Part shown: one piece after another, positions 18,518 through 24,000 of the stretch
Layout: each line of letters starts with the position of its first letter
How positions within the stretch are numbered: the stretch's first letter is position 1
Assembly: GCF_030700245.1 (NCBI RefSeq)
Contig: NZ_JAUYZI010000005.1
Coordinates: forward strand, 139,496-163,495
DNA from: Methylobacterium sp. NEAU 140
Lineage (GTDB): Bacteria; Pseudomonadota; Alphaproteobacteria; Rhizobiales; Beijerinckiaceae
Direction of reading: 5' to 3'
DNA length: 24,000 nt
Translations under genes and position numbers: made by a program
The notes under the pieces: generated by a model
The model's database searches: none
The model's input: only the letters and a program-made list of their open reading frames with translations
What the model was told of the DNA's origin: nothing

Positions 18518-18890
18518 GACCGTCCTCTACGTCTGCGCCACCTGCCGTCGCGAGGGCGACGATCCGGAGGGCCCGCGCGCCGGCGCCCGCCTGCTCGACG
18601 CCCTGCGCGCGCGGGCCGAGGGGGTGCGGGTCGAGCCGGTCGAGTGCCTGTCGGTGTGCAAGCGCCCCTGCACGGTGGCGGTGGCCTCCCCCGGCCGCTG
18701 GACCTACGTCTACGGCGACCTCGACCCGGCCGAGCAGGCCGGCGTCATCCTGGAGGGGCTCGCGGCCTACGCGGCGACCCCGGACGGCATCGTGCCGTGG
18801 AAGCAGCGCCCGGCCGCCTTCCGCAGCGGCGTGATCGCCCGCATCCCCCCGTTCCCGCCGCCGGTCGGCACCCGTGAGGCCGCGGAATGA
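18510..18890 (+). CDS. DUF1636-like Cys-rich predicted metal-binding protein (thioredoxin-like ferredoxin fold suspected)
   Basis: 126 aa with a GTG start overlapping the cbtA stop by 8 nt (GTGCCTGA). Its stop overlaps the cobW ATG (ATGA). Cys pattern is YVCATCR plus ECLSVCKRPC. I recall this family from cob clusters. Confidence 0.72.
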   Translation: MPETVLYVCATCRREGDDPEGPRAGARLLDALRARAEGVRVEPVECLSVCKRPCTVAVASPGRWTYVYGDLDPAEQAGVILEGLAAYAATPDGIVPWKQRPAAFRSGVIARIPPFPPPVGTREAAE

Positions 18891-19921
18891 GCATCGTCGA
18901 GAAGATCCCCTGCACCATCGTCACCGGCTTCCTCGGGGCCGGCAAGACGACGCTGGTGCGCCACGTGGTCGAGAACGCCCGCGGGCGCCGGCTCGCCATC
19001 CTCGTCAACGAGTTCGGCGATGTCGGCTTCGACAAGTCGTTCCTGGCCGCCTGCGGCGTCGAGGGCTGCACCGAGGACGCGATCGTCGAGCTGCCGAACG
19101 GCTGCATCTGCTGCACCGTGGCCGACGACTTCGTGCCGGCCCTGGAGACGCTGCTCGGCCGCGCCGACCCGCCCGAGCACATCCTGATCGAGACCTCCGG
19201 CCTCGCCCTCCCGAAGCCCCTGGTCCAGGCGTTCCAGTGGCCGGCGATCCGCTCGCGGGTGACGGTGGATGGCGTCGTCGCGGTGGTCGATGGCCCGGCG
19301 GTGGCGTCCGGCGCCTTCGCCGAGGACCCGGAGGCGCTCGCCGCCCAGCGCGCGGCGGACGCGGCGGTCGATCACGACAACCCGCTGGAGGAGGTGTTCG
19401 AGGACCAGCTCCTCTGCGCCGACCTCGTGGTGCTCAACAAGGCCGACCTCCTCGACGCCGACGCCCGCGCCCGGGTGCGCGCCGAGGTCGAGGGCCACCT
19501 GCCCCGCGCCGTGAAGTTGATCGAGACCGAGAACGGCCGCATCGACCCGCGCGCCCTGCTCGGGCTCGGCGCGGCCGCCGAGGACGACCTCGCCAACCGC
19601 CCCTCCCACCACGGCGAGGGCGAGGACCACGACCACAACGACTTCGAGACCGTGGCGCTCCCCGTGCGCGAGGCGGCGACCGCGGGCGACCTCGCCGCCC
19701 GGGTCGAGCGCGCCGCCGAGACGGCCGGCGTGCTGCGGATCAAGGGATTCGTGCCGGTGGAGGGCAAGCCGATGCGCCTCGTGGTGCAGGGCGTCGGCCG
19801 CCGCGTGACCCACCATTTCGACCGGCCCTGGCGCGCGGGCGAGGACCGCGACGGCCGCCTCGTGGTGATCGGCCTGAAGGGTTTCGACCGGGACGCCGTC
19901 GCCGCGGCGCTGGCGGGCTGA
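18887..19921 (+). CDS. cobW: Cobalamin biosynthesis GTPase / metallochaperone CobW (COG0523)
   Basis: 344 aa with the P-loop GFLGAGKTTL, the NGCICCTV metal motif, LNKADL and the His-rich stretch SHHGEGEDHDHNDFE. Confidence 0.92.
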   Translation: MSIVEKIPCTIVTGFLGAGKTTLVRHVVENARGRRLAILVNEFGDVGFDKSFLAACGVEGCTEDAIVELPNGCICCTVADDFVPALETLLGRADPPEHILIETSGLALPKPLVQAFQWPAIRSRVTVDGVVAVVDGPAVASGAFAEDPEALAAQRAADAAVDHDNPLEEVFEDQLLCADLVVLNKADLLDADARARVRAEVEGHLPRAVKLIETENGRIDPRALLGLGAAAEDDLANRPSHHGEGEDHDHNDFETVALPVREAATAGDLAARVERAAETAGVLRIKGFVPVEGKPMRLVVQGVGRRVTHHFDRPWRAGEDRDGRLVVIGLKGFDRDAVAAALAG

Positions 19922-19967
19922 GTTCGGCGGAATAGGGTATGATCGCGCGGTTGGAGCGTCGCGGCGG

Positions 19968-20585
19968 ATGCTGGACCGCAAGCCGGAACCGATGAGCGTG
20001 GCGGCGTTCTTCGCCTGGGCGGAGACGCAAGCGGAGCGCTACGAGCTGGTCGGCGGCGTGCCGGTCCGGATGATGGCCGGCGCGCGCAACGTCCACGACG
20101 ACATCGTGGTCAACCTGCTCGCCCTGCTGCGCGGCGCGCTCCGCGGCAGCGGCTGCCGTCCGTTCACGGGCGACGGCAGCGTGGAGACCCTGCCCGGGCA
20201 GATCCGCCGGCCGGACGTGGGCGTCGATTGCGGCGCCCGCGACCCGGCGGCGATGCAGGCGGCCGAGCCGCGCCTCGTCGTCGAGGTGCTCTCGCCCACC
20301 ACCCGGGACTTCGACGCCTTCGCCAAGCTCGCCGAGTACAAGACCGTGGCGAGCCTCACCCACATCCTGCTGGTGGAGCCGAACGCCGCCGAGATTCGCC
20401 TGTGGTCCCGCGGCGCGGACGGCGCGTGGGCGGAGGCGCGGGTCGCCGGCCTCGACGCCGCGGTGGCGCTGCCGGGGCTCGGCCTCAGCCTGCCGCTCGC
20501 CGAGATCTACGACGGCGTGAGCTTCCCGGCCCGGCCGCGACTGGTCGCCCACGACCCGGCGGACGATCCCGCCGCGAACGGCTGA
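19968..20585 (+). CDS. Uma2-family (DUF820) PD-(D/E)xK nuclease-like protein
   Basis: 205 aa. The start could be the ATG at 19968 or the ATG at 19992 (MSVAAFFAW). Features are ...AFFAWAE....RYELVGG, RPDVGVDCG and EPRLVVEVLSPTTRDFDAFAKLAEYKTVASLTHILLVEP, the Uma2 D...E-V-L-S-P...K-x-x-x-Y core. GC3-rich coding signal, same strand as cobW and cobN. Confidence 0.75.
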   Translation: MLDRKPEPMSVAAFFAWAETQAERYELVGGVPVRMMAGARNVHDDIVVNLLALLRGALRGSGCRPFTGDGSVETLPGQIRRPDVGVDCGARDPAAMQAAEPRLVVEVLSPTTRDFDAFAKLAEYKTVASLTHILLVEPNAAEIRLWSRGADGAWAEARVAGLDAAVALPGLGLSLPLAEIYDGVSFPARPRLVAHDPADDPAANG

Positions 20586-20595
20586 GGAGGCGCCG

Positions 20596-23500
20596 ATGCA
20601 CCTCCTGCGCGTCGACACGGTCTCCCTCGACGAGGGCGAGGCGGCGGTCGACCTCGGCCAGGAGCCGGGGGAGATCGTGGTCCTGTCGTTCACCGACAGC
20701 GACCTCGCGGGCGTCGCGCGGGCGTACGCGGCCGAGCCCGGCCTGCCGACCCTGCGGCTCGCCAAGCTCGCCAAGCTCCGCCACCCGATGTCGGTCGATC
20801 TCTACGTCGAGCGGGTGGTGGCGCGCGCGAAGGCCGTGGTGATCCGCTGCCTCGGCGGGCTCGACTACTGGCGCTACGGGGTGGAGCGCTGCGCCGCCGC
20901 CGCCCGCGCCCACGGGGTCGCGCTGGCGGTGCTGCCGGGCGACGACCGGCCGGACCCACGGCTCGCCGCGCTCTCGACCGACCCCGAACTCGCCGCGCGC
21001 CTCGACGGCTACTTCCGCGCCGGCGGGCCGGACAACCTGCGCCGGATGCTGCGCTGCCTTGCCGCCCGGATCGGCTGGGGCGGCGCCGTGGAGGCGGCGC
21101 AACCCCTGCCCCGCGGCTTCGCGTGGTGCCCCGGATGCGGGACCCTGCCGCTCGACACCGCACTCGCCGCAGCCCGCACGCCGGTGCCGCTGGGTGGAGG
21201 CGAAACCCAGAAAAAACCCGTGGCGCTGATGATCGTCTACCGCTCGGCGGTGCTCGGCGGCGACACCGAGGTGTTCACTGCCCTGGAGGCCGCGCTGCGC
21301 GCCCGCGGCATCGGTGTGCTGACGCTCGCCGTGTCGAGCCTGAAGGAGCCCGAGGCCGCGGCCGTCGTCGCGGAGGCCATCGCGGCGCGGCGGCCGAATC
21401 TGGTCATCGCGGCAACCGCCTTCTCGGCGCGTGAGGACACGGCCTTCGCCCTCGACCGGGCGGATTGCCCGGTGCTCCAGGCCTTCACGGTGGGCGCGCC
21501 GCGCGCCGCGTGGGAGGCGTCCGCCCGCGGCCTCGGTGCGGCCGACCTCGCGATGCAGGTGGCACTCCCTGAGTTCGACGGGCGGCTCTCGGGCTTCCCG
21601 ATCTCGTTCAAGGAGGAGGCGCCGGAGGCGGCGGGCTTCTCCGAGCGCCGGGCGGTGCCCTTCGCCCCCGGCATCGCCGCCCTGGCCGAGCGCGCCGCCG
21701 GCTGGCTGCGGCTCGCCGCGCGCGCGCCCGCCGAGCGCCGGGTCGCCGTCGTGCTGTCCGACTATCCCGCCCGCGGCGGCCGGGCCGGCTTCGCGGTGGG
21801 CCTCGACACCCCTGAGAGCGCCCGCGCGGTTTTTTGCGATCTCGCCGAAGCGGGCTACGCGGCCGACGCGCTGCCCGAGCCCGGCGCGCTGATGGCGGCG
21901 CTCACCGAGGGGCCGGCGGAGTTCACCGTCGCGCTGGCGGACTATACGGCATGGCTCGCCACTCTGCCGGAGGCCCCTCGCGCGGCGCTCGCGGACGCCT
22001 GGGGTGCGCCGGAGACCGACCCGATCTGCCGCGACGGAAAAGAATTCCGGTTCCGGCGGGTGGGCGGCGCCTGCGCGGTCTTCCTCCAGCCCGACCGCGG
22101 CCGCGACCCCGACCGCAAGGCCGGCTACCACGATCCCGACTGCGTCCCGACCCACGCCTACCTCGCCTTCCACCTCGGCCTCCGAGAGGCCTTCGATGCC
22201 TTGGTGCAGCTCGGCACCCACGGCACGGCGGAGTGGCTGCCGGGCAAGGCGGTCGCCCTGTCGCCGACCTGCTGGCCGGCGCTCTGCGTCGGCGCGCTGC
22301 CGGTCATCTACCCGTTCATCGTCGACGATCCGGGCGAGGCGGCGCCCCTCAAGCGGCGGCTCGGCGGGATCGCGCTCGGACACCTGACGCCGACGGTCGC
22401 GCGCGACGGGCTGCCGCCGGAGACGGCGCGGCTGCGCCAGCTCGTGGAGGAGTACGCCGAATCGACCGTCCTCGACCCGCGCCGGGCACGGCTCGTCGCC
22501 CGCGCCATCCTCGACGAGGCGGAGGCCGCCGGGCTGCTCGCCGGCGCCGGGATCGCCCCGGACACGCCCGTCGAGGACGCGCTGACGGCGCTGGACGCCC
22601 ATCTGTGCGACCTCGGCGAGACCGCGTTCCGCGACGGGTTGCACGTCTTCGGGCGCGCGCCCGACGACGACCCCGAGGCGGTCCGGACGAGCGCGGCCGG
22701 CGAGCGCGCCGGGCTGCTCGCCGCCCTCGACGGCCGCTTCGTGGCCCCCGGTCCCGCCGGCTCGCCCTCGCGCGGGCGGACCGACGTGCTGCCCACCGGG
22801 CGCAACCTCGCGACCCTCGATCCCCGGGCGATCCCGAGCCGGGCGGCGGCGCTGCTCGGCGAGACCGCCGCCGCTTCGGTGGTGACGCGCTACCTCCAGG
22901 ACGAGGGCGAGTACCCGGCCCGGATCGTCATGGACCTCTGGGCCTCCCCGACGCTCCGCACCGGCGGGGAGGACGTGGCCCACGCGCTCGCCCTGATGGG
23001 GGTGCGCCCGACCTGGGACAACGCCAGCACCCGCGTCACCGGCTTCGAGATCACCCCGCTCGCGACCCTCGGCCGGCCGCGGATCGACGTGACCTGCCGC
23101 GTCTCGGGCGCCTTCCGCGACACCTTCCCCGACACGCTGGCGCTCCTCGACCGGGCCGCCCGGGCCGTGGCCGAGCGCGACGAGGAGGATGCCGACAACC
23201 CGCTCGCCGCCGCCCGCCGCCGCGGCGAGGCGGGCACCCGCGTCTACGGCGCCGCCCCTGGCCGCTACGGCGCGGGGGCGGCAGCGACCGCCCTCGACGG
23301 GCCGTGGGAGGCGCGGGGCGATCTCGGGCGCGCCTACCTCGCGGCGAGCGGCTACGCCTACGGCGACCGCGAAGGGCCGGACGCCGCCTTCGCCATCCGG
23401 GTCGCGGCGGCCGACGCCTATCTCCACGCCTTCGACGCGGCCGAGCGCGACCTGTTCGACGGCGATGCCGCCGTCGACGCGATGGGCGGGTTCGCCGCCG

Positions 23501-23922
23501 CCGCCGCGCTCGAAGGCGGCGTGCCGACCCTCTACAGCCTCGACGTGTCGGTGCCCGAGCGGCCCAAGGCCCGCACCGCCCGCGAGGATGCGGCACGCCT
23601 GATCGGCGCCCGGCTCGCAAATCCGCGCTGGATCGCGGCGCAGCTCCGCCACGGCTACCGCGGCGCCCAGGAGCTGGCGCAGGGGCTCGACGCCGTGTTC
23701 GTGCTCGCTGCCGCGAGCGACGCCGTGACGGATGCCGGCTTCGAGCGGCTCTACGCCGCCTGGATCGCCGATCCCGAGACCTTCGACCGGCTGCGCGCGG
23801 CCAACCCCGCCGCGACCCGCGCGATCCTCGACCGGTTCGACGAGGCCCGCGCCCGCGGCCTGTGGCGCAGCCGCCGCAACGCGCTCCCGGCCGACGCACT
23901 GATGGCGGAGGCGGCCGAGTGA
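20596..23922 (+). CDS. cobN: Cobaltochelatase subunit CobN
   Basis: 1108 aa. The ATG is preceded by GGAGG-N5. The N-terminus is MHLLRVDT...VDLGQEPGEIVVLSFTDSDL. LDYWRYG, GTHGTAEWLPGK and TGRNL motifs of the CobN/Mg-chelatase H family are present. Confidence 0.93.
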   Translation: MHLLRVDTVSLDEGEAAVDLGQEPGEIVVLSFTDSDLAGVARAYAAEPGLPTLRLAKLAKLRHPMSVDLYVERVVARAKAVVIRCLGGLDYWRYGVERCAAAARAHGVALAVLPGDDRPDPRLAALSTDPELAARLDGYFRAGGPDNLRRMLRCLAARIGWGGAVEAAQPLPRGFAWCPGCGTLPLDTALAAARTPVPLGGGETQKKPVALMIVYRSAVLGGDTEVFTALEAALRARGIGVLTLAVSSLKEPEAAAVVAEAIAARRPNLVIAATAFSAREDTAFALDRADCPVLQAFTVGAPRAAWEASARGLGAADLAMQVALPEFDGRLSGFPISFKEEAPEAAGFSERRAVPFAPGIAALAERAAGWLRLAARAPAERRVAVVLSDYPARGGRAGFAVGLDTPESARAVFCDLAEAGYAADALPEPGALMAALTEGPAEFTVALADYTAWLATLPEAPRAALADAWGAPETDPICRDGKEFRFRRVGGACAVFLQPDRGRDPDRKAGYHDPDCVPTHAYLAFHLGLREAFDALVQLGTHGTAEWLPGKAVALSPTCWPALCVGALPVIYPFIVDDPGEAAPLKRRLGGIALGHLTPTVARDGLPPETARLRQLVEEYAESTVLDPRRARLVARAILDEAEAAGLLAGAGIAPDTPVEDALTALDAHLCDLGETAFRDGLHVFGRAPDDDPEAVRTSAAGERAGLLAALDGRFVAPGPAGSPSRGRTDVLPTGRNLATLDPRAIPSRAAALLGETAAASVVTRYLQDEGEYPARIVMDLWASPTLRTGGEDVAHALALMGVRPTWDNASTRVTGFEITPLATLGRPRIDVTCRVSGAFRDTFPDTLALLDRAARAVAERDEEDADNPLAAARRRGEAGTRVYGAAPGRYGAGAAATALDGPWEARGDLGRAYLAASGYAYGDREGPDAAFAIRVAAADAYLHAFDAAERDLFDGDAAVDAMGGFAAAAALEGGVPTLYSLDVSVPERPKARTAREDAARLIGARLANPRWIAAQLRHGYRGAQELAQGLDAVFVLAAASDAVTDAGFERLYAAWIADPETFDRLRAANPAATRAILDRFDEARARGLWRSRRNALPADALMAEAAE

Positions 23923-24000
23923 GCGCCGCCCGCCGCGCCCTGCCCGAGTCCCCCGCCCGCCGCGGCTGGTGCCCGGGCCTGTCCCGGCCGATGCCGACCG
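23919..24000 (+). CDS. cobG: Precorrin-3B synthase CobG, N-terminal fragment (continues beyond the right edge)
   Basis: A GTG overlaps the cobN stop (GTGA). Translation is MSAARRALPESPARRGWCPGLSRPMPT, and the GxCPGL..PM.T opening is typical of CobG. Only 27 codons are visible. Confidence 0.6.
   Translation, partial: MSAARRALPESPARRGWCPGLSRPMPT

Noticed and set aside
18767-19981. ORFs 18767-19981(-) and 18874-19935(+) overlapping cobW, and 17992-18834(+) overlapping cbtA and DUF1636
   Set aside because: These are off-frame shadows. The frames I chose carry a P-loop, CxCC, a His-rich stretch, TM helices and Cys motifs.
19922-20595. Calling the Uma2 gene a recent horizontal insertion or genomic islet
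   Set aside because: Base composition and codon style look the same as the flanking cob genes. There are no flanking repeats, tRNA or integrase, so only an embedded accessory gene can be supported.
20485-23652. A 1055-aa ORF antisense to cobN
   Set aside because: It has low-complexity R/G/A/P/E composition with no motifs. The plus-strand frame has clear CobN motifs and GC3 bias, so this is a typical antisense shadow ORF.

Overview
Very GC-rich sequence with GC3-saturated codons, so every real gene is shadowed by long Arg/Pro/Gly/Ala-rich off-frame or antisense ORFs. Gene content and order look like an alphaproteobacterial (Rhizobiales / Methylobacterium-like) core chromosome; this taxon call is inference. 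Left to right: a partial FAD/NAD(P) oxidoreductase (-) diverges from a large GT-C-like membrane protein (+). A minus-strand block follows: ppiD-like, trpE, then trpG-trpD-trpC-moaC-moeA, with a small secreted orphan (+) between trpE and trpG. Next come tpiA (+), a secreted NTF2-like protein (-), secG (+) and pyrG (+). A 418-nt intergenic region then carries a REP/MITE-like inverted repeat pair. After it lie holC and a tightly coupled S10 serine carboxypeptidase-like gene. The right third is a cobalamin riboswitch followed by cbtB-cbtA-DUF1636-cobW-(Uma2-family gene)-cobN-cobG(partial), the cobalt uptake and chelation part of the aerobic B12 pathway. I find no rRNA, tRNA, CRISPR array, IS transposase, phage gene or recognisable defence or toxin system, and no convincing evidence of a new multi-gene system. 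The items worth a second look are modest: a Uma2 nuclease-like gene embedded in the riboswitch-controlled cob operon, the MITE-like element with a possible target-site duplication and outward promoter, an uncharacterised Cys-rich DUF1636 protein coupled between cbtA and cobW, and a GT-C-like membrane protein lacking an obvious WWDYG-type motif. All family assignments rest on motifs recognised by eye and need HMM or BLAST confirmation.
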